DNA of 64,000 nt from an uncultured Chloroflexia bacterium. Its GTDB lineage: Bacteria > Chloroflexota > Limnocylindria > Limnocylindrales > CSP1-4. The translations under genes were made by a program, and so were the position numbers. A model generated the notes under the pieces. The model saw only the letters and a list, made by a program, of their open reading frames with translations, searched no databases and was not told where the DNA came from. Below, piece by piece: positions 25,903 through 35,976 of the stretch. Location: the NCBI GenBank assembly GCA_963788235.1, contig CAWBFV010000007.1, positions 1,682 to 65,681 of the forward strand. Reading direction: 5' to 3'. Within the stretch, counting starts at the first letter, position 1. Each line of letters opens with the position of its first letter.

Positions 25903-28836
25903 TTAGTGGACCGCCGCGCCTCGTGCGTGCACGCCGCTCGTGCCGTTCGTCGTCCCGGCGCTCCGCTCCACGTTGCTCGCCCACGTCGCGATCTCGGCCC
26001 GACGGGCCGCACCGAGCTTGGCGAGGATGTGCTCGACGTGCGAGCTCGCGGTCTTGGGTGCGATCCCGAGCGAGTCGGCGATCTCGGCGTTGGTCATGCC
26101 TTCGGAGATGAGGCGCGCGACGGCGTACTCGCGAGCGGTCAGTGGTCGCCACGGTTCGTCGGCAGCCACGCGACCACGGGCCATGCGGGCGAGCGCGTCC
26201 GCGCGGTCGGCGATCGAGCGGGAATTCAGGCGCGATCCGGTCCCGCGCGCCTCGACCGCGAGTGCGAGGGCCTCGGCGAACTTGTTCGAGCGGATCAGGC
26301 AGTACGCGAGATCAAGCCGTGCCCACGTCGCCTCCCAGATCCGGCCCTTGGCGTCCCAACCGCGGATCGCCGCCTCGAGCGAGGATTTGGCGACACCGGT
26401 CGAACCATCCGCCAGCAACACGAGCCCTCGCCCGTGCGCCAGGGCCGCGTCCGCGACCTGCGGCACGTCATCGAGCTCGGAGGCGATGTCCGCGTAGAAG
26501 GCGGCGGCAGCGGCCGGGCGACCTGCCGCCTGCGCGGCGCGGACCCCGGTCACGACGAACGGTGCGAGCAGCAGCCGTTCGTCGACGGCTCGGGCCCTGG
26601 CGAGCGCGTCCTGGCTGAGCTGGAACGCGACTTCGGCGTCGCCGCGCAAGAGCGCGGCCTCCGCGAGCCCCCACATCGGCGGCAGGATCAGCCCGATCGA
26701 CTCGCTGTGCTCGCCGAACTCCAGGGCCGTCGTCAGCTCGGCGGCGGCCTCGTGCAGCACGCCGCGCCCGAGGAGCACGTAGCCGAGCGCCCAGCGCGCG
26801 GTGTTGGCCGCCTTCAGGCAGCCGTGATCCGCGACCGCCTGGCGCGCCGTCTCTGCCGCCTCCGACCAGCGCCCGCCGGCCCAGGCGACCATCGCGCTCG
26901 TCGCAGACATGACGTGGGCACAGTGGGACTGCTCGATCTGGTCGGCGTAGCGCAAGCCCTCGGCGATGAATCGATCTGCACCCGCGTAGTCCATCGACCG
27001 CGCCGCCCAGACCGCCGCGTCGCGGAACGCCGAGACGCCGCTCATCTCATGCCCGGCTCGCTCCGCCATGTGGGCCGCGTCGCCGACCTTCCGCACCCCG
27101 CTGGACACCTTGCCGGCGAGGACATCGAGCACGCCTTCTTGCCACTCGAGCAGGTTCAGCCAGTCGTCGTCTCCGCCGGCCTCCGCATACCCGCGGCAGA
27201 TCGCGAGCCACGACCACGCCTCGTCGAGCCGATTGGCATCGAGGTGGGCCAGCATCACGTGGATCGACACGTCGGCCCGGACATTGGCGTCGAACGACGG
27301 GTCCGTCCCGGTCGGCAAGCCCGAGAGCTCGTCCCACAGCTCCATCACGAGGGCGAGGCGCTCGGAGATGGGCCGGCCGTCGCGGCGCATGGCGCCCAGG
27401 ACACCGGTCATGGCCATGATCGCGCGATCCGGCATCCCGGCTGCTCGATAGGCGATCGCCGCCTGGCGCGACATCTCGATCCACAGACCGCTGTCGTCGA
27501 TCGACGAGGCGGCGACGCCGTACGACTCCAGGATCTCCGCCTTCACCGCCGGGTCGAGATCGTCCGGCATGTGCTCGACGGCCCTGCGGTACAGGTCGAA
27601 CGATTCCGTCCGTGCGGCGAGGCGCGACGCTTCCCGCGCCCCGGCGAGCGCCGCCTCGTATGCCTCGCGACCCATGCCCGCGCGCTCGTAGTGCAGCGAT
27701 GAATGGATCTCAGACGCGCCCTCGAGCTGGGCGCCGAATTCAGCGGCCCGTGCGTGGAACCGCCGGCGATCACCGACGGGCACGCTGCGATAGATCGCGT
27801 CGCGGAGGAGCTGGTGGCGGAAGTCGTAGACGTTTCGGGCACCGGGCGGATCGAGCACGAAGTTGTCGATCAGCTCCTGGAGCGGCGCCTCGATCGCCTC
27901 AGGGGGCACGTCCATGATCCCGGCGAGGACCTCGTGGGTGAAACAGCGCCCGATGATCGCGCCGGCCTTGACCACGGCCTGCGCCTCTGGGGTGCGGTGC
28001 GACAGCCGGGCGAGCACCGCATCCTCGATGGTCTCGGGGACCGCGGCTTCCTTGATGGCGAGCCCGTTCGCACGAGCGTCGGCGCTCAATGCGCCGAGCA
28101 GCTCCTCGATATGCAGCGGGATCCCGTCCGTGCGCTCGTACACCGCAGCCGCGACCTCGCGCGGGGCGGGCAGGCCGGTGTCCAGGATCAGCGTGGTCAC
28201 GAGCGCGGTCTCGTCCTCGGAGAGCGGTGCGAGGCGCACCTCCTCGGCGATCCGCTGGGTGATCCAGCGCGAGCGCCAGTCGCGCAGCGGCGTGCCTGGG
28301 AGTGCCTCGTCCGTCCGATAGCCGGCGCACAGCAGCAGCTGTCGGTCACGTGACCGGCGGGCGAGGTCGGCGATGATCTCGAGGCTGAGCTCGTCGGCCC
28401 ACTGCAGGTCCTCGAAGCCGAGCAGCGTGGGGCCGTTGACCTCGGCGAGGATCCGGTCGACGACGTCCTGGACCAGCTGGCGACGATGGACCGACTCGGC
28501 CTCGATCGTCGCGTCGCGCAGGGCGAGCAGGTCGCGTCCGAGGGCCTCGTAGTCGGGCATTCGCAGCATGGTCCGAGCCATGTCGAGGATCGATGCGGCC
28601 GGGACGTCGCGATCCTGCGGCGCGAGGTACCCCCAGACATCGCGGAAACCGCGCTCTCCGGCCTTCTGGACGACCGCGTCGAGGAAGCGGCTCTTGCCGA
28701 TGCCCGCCTCGCCGGCGACCAGCAGGAAATGGCCGCGGCCCGCGACGACCGCGTCGAGCCGCCGGTCGGCGAGATCGAGCAGATCGTCGCGACCGATGAG
28801 GAGCGGACACCGGACCGACCCGAACGTGGTTGCCAT
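25903..28836 (-). CDS. LAL-type (large ATP-binding LuxR family) transcriptional regulator
   Basis: Walker A GEAGIGKS near the N-terminus, a long helical/TPR-like middle, and a C-terminal LuxR HTH (LTAREYAVARLISEGMTNAEIADSLGIAPKTASSHVEHILAKLG). Confidence 0.9.
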   Translation of the reverse strand: MATTFGSVRCPLLIGRDDLLDLADRRLDAVVAGRGHFLLVAGEAGIGKSRFLDAVVQKAGERGFRDVWGYLAPQDRDVPAASILDMARTMLRMPDYEALGRDLLALRDATIEAESVHRRQLVQDVVDRILAEVNGPTLLGFEDLQWADELSLEIIADLARRSRDRQLLLCAGYRTDEALPGTPLRDWRSRWITQRIAEEVRLAPLSEDETALVTTLILDTGLPAPREVAAAVYERTDGIPLHIEELLGALSADARANGLAIKEAAVPETIEDAVLARLSHRTPEAQAVVKAGAIIGRCFTHEVLAGIMDVPPEAIEAPLQELIDNFVLDPPGARNVYDFRHQLLRDAIYRSVPVGDRRRFHARAAEFGAQLEGASEIHSSLHYERAGMGREAYEAALAGAREASRLAARTESFDLYRRAVEHMPDDLDPAVKAEILESYGVAASSIDDSGLWIEMSRQAAIAYRAAGMPDRAIMAMTGVLGAMRRDGRPISERLALVMELWDELSGLPTGTDPSFDANVRADVSIHVMLAHLDANRLDEAWSWLAICRGYAEAGGDDDWLNLLEWQEGVLDVLAGKVSSGVRKVGDAAHMAERAGHEMSGVSAFRDAAVWAARSMDYAGADRFIAEGLRYADQIEQSHCAHVMSATSAMVAWAGGRWSEAAETARQAVADHGCLKAANTARWALGYVLLGRGVLHEAAAELTTALEFGEHSESIGLILPPMWGLAEAALLRGDAEVAFQLSQDALARARAVDERLLLAPFVVTGVRAAQAAGRPAAAAAFYADIASELDDVPQVADAALAHGRGLVLLADGSTGVAKSSLEAAIRGWDAKGRIWEATWARLDLAYCLIRSNKFAEALALAVEARGTGSRLNSRSIADRADALARMARGRVAADEPWRPLTAREYAVARLISEGMTNAEIADSLGIAPKTASSHVEHILAKLGAARRAEIATWASNVERSAGTTNGTSGVHARGAAVH

Positions 28837-28970
28837 CGCCTCGGAAGTGTAGGGCGTTCCCGTGGCGGGTCATCGGTCGAACGACCGATGACGGGTCCTT
28901 GTGGCAACGCGACATTCGCTGTCCAGCAGCCCGGCCAGATGGATCGGGACCGATCACGAGGAGGGCCGGG

Positions 28971-29219
28971 ATGGCCAAGTTCATGGACGTGCATTCAGGG
29001 TTCTTCGGCGTGACCGCCGATCAACTCAAGGCCGCGCACGAGGCCGACCTGGCGATCGAGAAGGACGAAGGCGTCCATTTCGAGCGCGCCTGGCTCGACC
29101 CCGATGCCGGCAAGGTCTTCTGCCTCGCGACCGGACCCTCGCGCGAATCGATCATGCGGATCCACGAGCGCGCCGGGCACCCGACCGCCGAGGTCTACGA
29201 ACTCCCGATCGAGGTGTAG
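28971..29219 (+). CDS. DUF4242 (SCO4226-like) small protein
   Basis: 82 aa: MAKFMDVHSGFFGVTADQLKAAHEADL...VFCLATGPSRESIMRIHERAGHP... Confidence 0.8.
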   Translation: MAKFMDVHSGFFGVTADQLKAAHEADLAIEKDEGVHFERAWLDPDAGKVFCLATGPSRESIMRIHERAGHPTAEVYELPIEV

Positions 29220-29221
29220 TG

Positions 29222-29755
29222 ATGCGGCGACGACGATTCCTGATCACGGCGGTGGCGCTGGGTGCCATCGCGATCATCGGGCTGGGCATGGCGCTGACTG
29301 CGAGCGCCCGACAGGACGTGCTGTCGAAGGTGCACAGCGTGACGGCCCGGTTCAACTCGATCGAGCAGGCCAAGAAGGCGGGCTACGAGGCCTTCTACGT
29401 CTGCACGGAACAGCCGGGCAAGGGCACCATGGGCCAGCACTACGTCAACTTCAAGCTGGTCGGCGACCCGGCGATCGATCCGCTGCAGCCCGAGGCGCTC
29501 GTCTACGAGCCCCAGGCGAACGGTGGCTACAAGCTCGTCGCGCTCGAATGGGTGCGTGTCGGCCCCGAGACCAACCCGGATCCGACCGTGCTTGGTCAGA
29601 CGATGCTCCACGTGCCCTCTGGCAACCGCTACGGCATCGAGCCAGATGGCTTCTACGAGCGGCACTACTGGCTGTACAAGCCAAACCCGGCCGGTGACTT
29701 CGCCGACTGGAACCCCAACGTCTCCTGTCGCGGCAACGGGGACAACGGCGGCTGA
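29222..29755 (+). CDS. Hypothetical secreted protein
   Basis: The ATG directly follows the DUF4242 stop. It has a signal/TM MRRRRFLITAVALGAIAIIGLGMALTASA and a coding-like remainder. Confidence 0.6.
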   Translation: MRRRRFLITAVALGAIAIIGLGMALTASARQDVLSKVHSVTARFNSIEQAKKAGYEAFYVCTEQPGKGTMGQHYVNFKLVGDPAIDPLQPEALVYEPQANGGYKLVALEWVRVGPETNPDPTVLGQTMLHVPSGNRYGIEPDGFYERHYWLYKPNPAGDFADWNPNVSCRGNGDNGG

Positions 29756-29770
29756 ACCATCCCGAGTCAG

Positions 29771-29804
29771 GCGTGCGGCGCCGGCGTATCGCCGGGCCGC
29801 ACGC
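29771..29804 (+). terminator. Long GC hairpin after the secreted-protein gene
   Basis: GCGTGCGGCGCCGGCG-TAT-CGCCGGGCCGCACGC. Confidence 0.6.
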
Positions 29805-30182
29805 AGTGAGGCACCACCATGAGTCACTGGTATACGCAGGGTCAGCTGGGGACGGAGCACAGAGGGGACCTGGATCGTGAGTCGGCCCGGGAGTCCCTCC
29901 GATCGCAGGCTCGCGCCAGCGGTCCAACACGGCCCGGGATCGTTTCGCAGGGGTTCGTCCGCCTCGGTCGCATCGTTGGCGATCCGGCGAGTCGTCTCGC
30001 GAGTTTCCGGCGACACGCCGGATCGGCCGTGGTAGAACGGCCGATCGCCAAGCCTCGGCCCGCCGCCACCGGGATCCACCGCTAGACAGCGGCCGAGCAG
30101 GGCGACCGCCTCGCCCAGAGCGCTCGACGGCGACGTCGGCGGGTACCATCTCCCGCAATCGCATCGGAGATGATCCCTACCA

Positions 30183-31041
30183 ATGACCGACCTCGCCGCC
30201 GACGCGGCTGCCGCGCCGAGCGGCGTCATCGCGACCGAGGACGAGCGCTACAACGCGTCGCTCGTGGCGCGCGTCGACCAGCACGACAGCCTCGGCTATT
30301 TCTGGGTGAAGTTCGACGCGGAGCCGACGCCCTTCGAATCGGGCCAGTACATGACGATCGGGGTGTTCGTCGACGGGCGGATCGTGCAGCGGCCGTATTC
30401 GGTGGCCTCCCCGCCGCACGTGGCCGGCACGACCGGCTACGAGTTCTACCTCCGCCGCGTGCAGGGCGGGACGTTCACGCCGATCCTCTGGGACCTGCCG
30501 GTCGGCCACCGCATGCGGATGATCGGCCCGAAGGGCAAGTTCCTCCTCGAACCCGATGACGACCGGACGCACCTGTTCATCTCGTCGGGAACCGGTAATG
30601 CCCCGTTCGTCGCGATGATGCGCGACACCCTCGCCGCCGGTGCCCCGCGTCGGACCGTCTTCCTGAACGGCGTGTCGTACGTCGCCGACCTTGGCTATCG
30701 GGACATCCTGGAGGGCTGGGAGGCGAGCGGCGAGTACCCCGTCACGTTCATTCCCACCGTGTCGCGTGGGGACGACGCGGCCAACGCGGGTTGGACGGGT
30801 CGTACCGGCCGTGTCGAGTCGATCGTGGCGCCGGTGTTCGAGGACCTCGGGCCTTCGACCCGACGACACGATCGCCTACCTCTGCGGCAACCCGGACATG
30901 ATCATCTCCGCGGAGCAGACGCTGCTCGAGCTCGGGCTGCCGGAGACGGCCGTCAAGAAGGAGCTCTACTGGCCGAAGGGCAAGGAACCGCGCGGCATCG
31001 CCGGCGCTGCGGACGCGGCCGCAGCTGCCGACGACGAGTGA
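30183..31041 (+). CDS. Ferredoxin-NADP reductase-type FAD/NAD(P)-binding oxidoreductase; apparent 1-nt frameshift at the GGG at 30849-30851
   Basis: RPYSVAS FAD motif and GTGNAPF NAD(P) motif. After ...VFEDLG the sensible continuation LRPDDTIAYLCGNPDMIISAEQTLLELGL... lies in the frame of ORF 30691..31041. Confidence 0.85.
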
Positions 31042-31044
31042 TCG

Positions 31045-32303
31045 TTACGGAGCGAGACGCTGCCAGCTGGCCGCGTAGCCCTTGGGGATCGACCAGTCCA
31101 GGCGCTCCGCTTGCCCCGTGAGGACGTCGAACTGCCAAGTCGTGCCGTCATCCTGATACGTGGCCAGCACTTTGGTGCCGTCCGGTGAGAACGTGGCCCA
31201 CGCCCCGTCTGTGCCCTGCGGATGCATCGTCCCGAGAGGGACGATCGGCCCGCGGCCGTCCGCCGCCAGGATCGTGAGCTGGTAGGTGGTGTCCTCGTAC
31301 CGCTCAACGAGCAGCTTGGTCCCATCCGGAGAGAAGCGCGGGCTGAGATCGGTGAATGGATAGTTCGGGCTGAAATCGACACCCTTGTCCGATACCGCTC
31401 TCGATGTCGACAAGATGGATGCGACCTTCAGCTCCCGTTTCCCACGTCGCGTAGGCAAGGGTCGCACCATCGGGGGCAACGGTTGGCGTGTTGACGGTCG
31501 GGGCAGCGACGACGATCGGCCGGAGACCGGCGCCGTTGGCGCCCACGACGTAGAAGCCATGCTCGGTCGCCCCGCTGGTCGTGGTGGTATCGGCAGTCAC
31601 CAGCAGCTCGTCGCGATTCGGGCGCCACATCGCATCGAGGACATTGACGCCAAGGTGCAGCGTTCGGGATGAGCCGTCGGCGACTTGCACGATCGTGATC
31701 GTGTCGAGCTCGTCCCCGTATCGAAACAGGGCGATTCGATCTCCAGTCGGCGACCACCGGAACCAGTTGATCTCGAGATCGGGAGCCAGGACCTGACGGA
31801 CGCCTGATCCGTCGGCGTTTGCGATGAACAAGCCGCGGGCACTCTCGGTGCCGCGGGCGAAGGCGAATTGCGTGCCGTCGTTGGTGAACGCGGGGTCGAG
31901 ACTCGGTTTCCGATCCTGCGACCAGCGTGGCATAGGTGCCGGCGGACGGATCCGCGGCCTGGATCGTGCCGGTCGCATCGCTGAAGACGATCTGGCCGTT
32001 GCGAGCGAGCCCGAACGGCGACGGCAATTTCGGCCCTGAGCCTGCGTAGGCGAACAATGCGGCCGCGATCAGCAGCATGAGCAGAGCAAGGACCGCGATC
32101 GGTCGCCAGGAGATGGTTCGGATCGGAGCGGTTCGGGCGATCACGCCCATGGGAAGCCACCTTTCGGGGTAGCTCCAAGCCGGCCGCTGGCGCTTGCTGG
32201 CGGTCTGCCGGAGCATGTCATCGAAGTAGTCGGGGACCTGCGCCGGCGCGAGCTCGGTCATGAGCTCGGGGATGTCACGCTCGAACCGCTCGAAGGTGGT
32301 CAT
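31045..32303 (-). pseudogene. Anti-sigma-like membrane protein with a TolB/PD40-type beta-propeller; 2 apparent frameshifts
   Basis: ATGA overlap with the ECF sigma gene. It has an N-terminal cytoplasmic segment plus TM (IAVLALLMLLIAAALFAYA). The propeller pieces lie in three frames, with breaks near 31925-31945 and 31390-31400. Motifs FTNDGTQFAF, WSPTGDRIAL, FSPDGTKLLV and FSPDGTKVLA. Confidence 0.65.
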
Positions 32304-32860
32304 GCGAACTGTCCCTTGACGACCGGCGCGAGGTCCGGGTCGATATCGGCGAGGGTCGAGCGCATCAGCGCGATCGACCGATGCAATCGCGATTTCGCGG
32401 TGCCGACAGGGATCTGCAGGGTCGCAGCGATGTCGGGCACTTCGAGATCGAAGTAGTAGCGAAGGACGACGACCGCCCGCTGGTCAGGCGGCAGCCGCTT
32501 GAGGATCAGGTCGAGCAGGTCTCGATCGGCGGTCACCGTCGAGACGTCATCGATCGATGGTCCATCGACCGGTGAGAGCTCGACTTCGATCGGCCGCCGT
32601 GCGCGACGGCGCACGATATCGAGACAGGATCGAGCGACGAGGCTGCGCAGCCAACCCTCGAAGCGATCGGGATCGCGGAGGGACGGCAGGCTCTTCCAGG
32701 CCCGGATGAAACCGTCCTGGACCGCGTCGCGGGCAAGCTCGGGGTCGCGCAGCATGAGCCGTGCGGCTGCGTCCAGCCGCGCGACGAACACGCCAGCCAG
32801 CACCGCGAAGGCGTCATGATCGCCCCGCTGCGCCCGCTCCACGAGTTCACGCTGGTTCAC
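32300..32860 (-). CDS. ECF-type RNA polymerase sigma factor
   Basis: Region 2 (DAVQDGFIRAW) and region 4 (LPPDQRAVVVLRYYFDLEVPDIAATLQIPVGTAKSRLHR). Confidence 0.92.
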   Translation of the reverse strand: MNQRELVERAQRGDHDAFAVLAGVFVARLDAAARLMLRDPELARDAVQDGFIRAWKSLPSLRDPDRFEGWLRSLVARSCLDIVRRRARRPIEVELSPVDGPSIDDVSTVTADRDLLDLILKRLPPDQRAVVVLRYYFDLEVPDIAATLQIPVGTAKSRLHRSIALMRSTLADIDPDLAPVVKGQFA

Positions 32861-32942
32861 GGCCCACCGACTAGGGGTGGCGCGGCGGTGTCGTCGCGCT
32901 CAGATGGTAGTCGTCGTCCGTGGCGCGAAACGTTCCATCGCC

Positions 32943-33917
32943 TCAGGCGATCGGTCGGTGCGCGCTCCGGTAGTGGGCCGCCAGGACGTCCTCGCCCCAG
33001 TCGTTCTCGATGTCGCGCCAGACCGCGTGGATGTGGTTCGCGCCATTCTGGGTGTTGTCGTATTCGATCAGGAGCCGCGGTCCGCGGACCGCGTAGTAGT
33101 GGCCCCTGCCCGGTTCCACCGGTCCCGCCCAGGCGAACGTCGTCTGACCCAACCCCGGCGCGACGACCTGTTCCCACTGTGCCGCCGCGACGTCGTCCGC
33201 GCCACGCCCGAGGTAGTGCCGGATCAGGCGCTCCAACCCGGCCCGCCCCGGCTCGCCCATCTCGGCGTGGGGCAAACCCACCGGCACGACCCGGGGGTCG
33301 GCTCGGGCGCTGTTCGAGGTCAGGATCTCGGGTGGGGCGACGCGATCGACCACGGCCGTCGTTCGCTCGGTCGCTGACAACGCGGCCAGCAGCGCGCGAG
33401 CGAACGATTCCTCCCCCGTCAGCACTCGAGCGCCGGCACGTGGGCCACTTGGCACGACCGCCGGGTTGGCGCCCAGGAACGAGGGCGAGCTGCCGATCAC
33501 CCGCCTATCCGCCACCGTCAGGTGGATCGCCACGTGGTGCCCGCCGACGCGCCACGACCACGGCTCGGACCCGGATGGATCGCCGAAGACCGCAAACCAA
33601 TACAGCTCGGGATCGCGTCTCGGCCAGTTCGAGCGACCCGTGTCTCGTTCGATCGCGCCGAGGATCGTCTCGAGCGCCATCACCTCGGCGACCTCGCGGG
33701 CGCCGCGCTCGCTCATCGCGGCATCGACCACGCGCATCGCCGCCGCCCGCTGGTCGGCGCGCAGGTCACGCACCGCCAGCCCTGCACGCTCCCCTGGCGT
33801 GAACGCCCAGACGAACCGCTCGGCGTCGTCGAAGTCGAAGCGTGCGCGCCTGCCCTGCTCGAGATCGAGCATATCGAGCCAATCGATGACGGCGCGCGTG
33901 AGGTCCATCGCCGTCAT
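32943..33917 (-). CDS. DUF3500 domain-containing protein
   Basis: 324 aa. Characteristic C-terminal block GHYYAVRGPRLLIEYDNTQNGANHIHAVWRD. ATGA overlap with the ogt stop. Confidence 0.8.
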   Translation of the reverse strand: MTAMDLTRAVIDWLDMLDLEQGRRARFDFDDAERFVWAFTPGERAGLAVRDLRADQRAAAMRVVDAAMSERGAREVAEVMALETILGAIERDTGRSNWPRRDPELYWFAVFGDPSGSEPWSWRVGGHHVAIHLTVADRRVIGSSPSFLGANPAVVPSGPRAGARVLTGEESFARALLAALSATERTTAVVDRVAPPEILTSNSARADPRVVPVGLPHAEMGEPGRAGLERLIRHYLGRGADDVAAAQWEQVVAPGLGQTTFAWAGPVEPGRGHYYAVRGPRLLIEYDNTQNGANHIHAVWRDIENDWGEDVLAAHYRSAHRPIA

Positions 33918-34451
33918 CCGGCGAACAGGACCTGCTGACCGTATCCCGGGGCACCCTCGAGCTCCAGCATCCGCTGCTTGGTGGAGAGGCCGCCCGGCGC
34001 CGAGAAGCCAGTGAGCTTGCCGTTCGCACCGACCACGCGGTGGCACGGGACGACGATGGGAAACGGGTTGCGCGCGAGTGCCGTGCCGACGTCCCGCGCC
34101 CCATCGGGCCGGCCGATCGCCCGCGCGATGTCGCCGTACGTTGCCACCGACCCCGGCGTGATCGTCCGGGTCGCGGCGTAGACGGCTCGACGGAAGTGGT
34201 CGATTCCGCGCTCGTCGAGGGCGACGAACCGGAGGTCGGCCGGGGCCCCGTCGAGGACGGCCACGATCCCCTCGATGGCGGCACGGACCGCGTCGGGCAC
34301 GAACGGCGCATCGCTGAGCCGTGGCAGCGTGGCCGTCCGAGGGCTCGGCAGCCGGACGCTCGGCCACGCCGGCGTCGGTCCACCGGATGGCGCAGATCCC
34401 GAGCCGCGTGTCGAACGCAACGATCGAACAGATATTCGTATCCATGTCCAT
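33914..34451 (-). CDS. ogt: Methylated-DNA--protein-cysteine methyltransferase; apparent frameshift near 34325-34375
   Basis: Active site PCHRVV, with FRRAVYAATRTITPGSVATYGDIA. The N-terminus MDMDTNICSIVAFDTRLGICAIRWTDAGVA is in a different frame from the rest. Confidence 0.85.
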
Positions 34452-34500
34452 CAGAACCCGCGACGCGCCGGATCGGTTGCCGCAGCGACGCGCCACGCGC

Positions 34501-35913
34501 TCATGCGGAGCGCGCCGCCTCGAGCCGATCGAGGATCAGCCTCGTGACGCCCTCCACCGGCACGCGCTCCTGGGTCATCGAGTCGCGATCGCGCACGGTC
34601 ACCGCCCCGTCCTCGAGCGAGTCGACGTCGACCGTCACGCACCACGGCGTCCCGATCTCGTCCTGCCGGCGATAGAGCTTGCCGATCGCCGCGGTGTCGT
34701 CATAGACCGCCATCGTGTGGCGCTGCAGGTCGGCCTTGATCTTGTGGCACAGCTCGACGATCTCCGGTCGCTTCTTGAGCAGCGGCAGCACGGCGACCTT
34801 GTACGGCGCGAGGTCCGGGTGCAGGGACAGCGAGACGCGCGTCTCGCCACGGACCTCCTCCTCACGGTACGCGTCGATGAGGAACGTGAACGCGGCACGA
34901 TCCGCACCGGCAGCCGTCTCGACGATCCAGGGGATCACGTGCTCGCCGGTCGCCTGGTCGAAGTACTCGAGGCTCTCGCCGCTCGCCTCCGAGTGGCGCG
35001 ACAGGTCGAAGTCGCCACGGTTGTGGACGCCCTCGAGCTCCTTCCAGCCGAACGGGAAGCGGTATTCGACGTCGACCGCCTTCTTCGCGTAATGCGCGAG
35101 CTCGTCGGGCGCGTGCTCGCGCAGGCGAAGGCGCTCGGGGGTCACGCCGAAACGCTCGTACCACGCGCGGCGCGCCGGCAGCCACATCTCGAACGCCTCG
35201 GCGGCCTCGCCCTCGGGGCGGACGAAGTACTGCATCTCCATCTGCTCGAACTCGCGCATCCGGAACACGAAGTTGCCCGGCGAGATCTCGTTGCGGAACG
35301 ACTTCCCGATCTGGGCGATCCCGAACGGCAGCTTCTTGCGCGACGACTGGAGCACGTTCTTGAAGTTGACGTACGACCCCTGGGCGGTCTCGGGGCGGAG
35401 GTAGATGACCGAGGCGTCCTCTTCGACCGGGCCCATGAAGGTCTTGAACATCAGGTTGAACCGGCGGGGCGCGGACAGCGGGCCGCCATCGACCGGGCAT
35501 TTGAGACCCAACCGCTCGACGATCCCGGGGTCGCGCAGGTCGCTCGCCGAGAGCCCCTCAGTGCCCGGCAGCTCGTCGAGCCGGAACCGCCGGTGATCGG
35601 TCTGGCATTCGACGAGCGGGTCGCTGAACGACCCGACGTGACCTGACGTCACCCAGACCTGGGGATGCATGAGGATCCCGGCGTCGAGGCCGACGATGTC
35701 GTCGCGCTCCTGGACCATGGTCCGCCACCACGCCCGCTTGACGTTGTTCTTGAGCTCGACGCCGAGCGGCCCGTAATCCCAGACCGCGTTGATGCCGCCG
35801 TAGATCTCGGACGAGGGATAGATGAAGCCGCGTCGCTTCGAGAGCGACACGATCGTGTCGAGCTCGGCGATCGCCGGCGCGACGTCGTCCGGATCGCCGT
35901 TGGGGGTGGTCAC
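34501..35913 (-). CDS. glyQS: Glycine--tRNA ligase (homodimeric class II type)
   Basis: 470 aa with RRGFIYPSSEIYGG, GPLGVELKNN and FRNEISPGNFVFRMREFEQMEMQYF. Confidence 0.97.
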   Translation of the reverse strand: MTTPNGDPDDVAPAIAELDTIVSLSKRRGFIYPSSEIYGGINAVWDYGPLGVELKNNVKRAWWRTMVQERDDIVGLDAGILMHPQVWVTSGHVGSFSDPLVECQTDHRRFRLDELPGTEGLSASDLRDPGIVERLGLKCPVDGGPLSAPRRFNLMFKTFMGPVEEDASVIYLRPETAQGSYVNFKNVLQSSRKKLPFGIAQIGKSFRNEISPGNFVFRMREFEQMEMQYFVRPEGEAAEAFEMWLPARRAWYERFGVTPERLRLREHAPDELAHYAKKAVDVEYRFPFGWKELEGVHNRGDFDLSRHSEASGESLEYFDQATGEHVIPWIVETAAGADRAAFTFLIDAYREEEVRGETRVSLSLHPDLAPYKVAVLPLLKKRPEIVELCHKIKADLQRHTMAVYDDTAAIGKLYRRQDEIGTPWCVTVDVDSLEDGAVTVRDRDSMTQERVPVEGVTRLILDRLEAARSA

Positions 35914-35976
35914 GAGGGGTCTCCGCTGATACGCGACCGTGGCATGGCCGCGCGGGATGGCTGGACCCGGATGCTA

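Noticed and set aside
23163-26111. 982-aa ORF on the plus strand
   Set aside because: It is antisense to the clearly recognisable ppdK. Its Arg/Asp/Leu/Gly-rich composition is typical of shadow ORFs in GC-rich DNA.
25750-27702. 650-aa plus-strand ORF
   Set aside because: It is antisense to the LAL regulator, which has a Walker A motif and a LuxR HTH in the opposite frame.
25903-28836. The AAA/TPR protein as a STAND-type antiviral NTPase
   Set aside because: The C-terminal LuxR HTH and overall LAL architecture indicate a transcription factor. No effector domain is present.
35914-35976. Possible T-box leader upstream of glyQS
   Set aside because: The spacer is only 63 nt. There is no specifier or T-box sequence.
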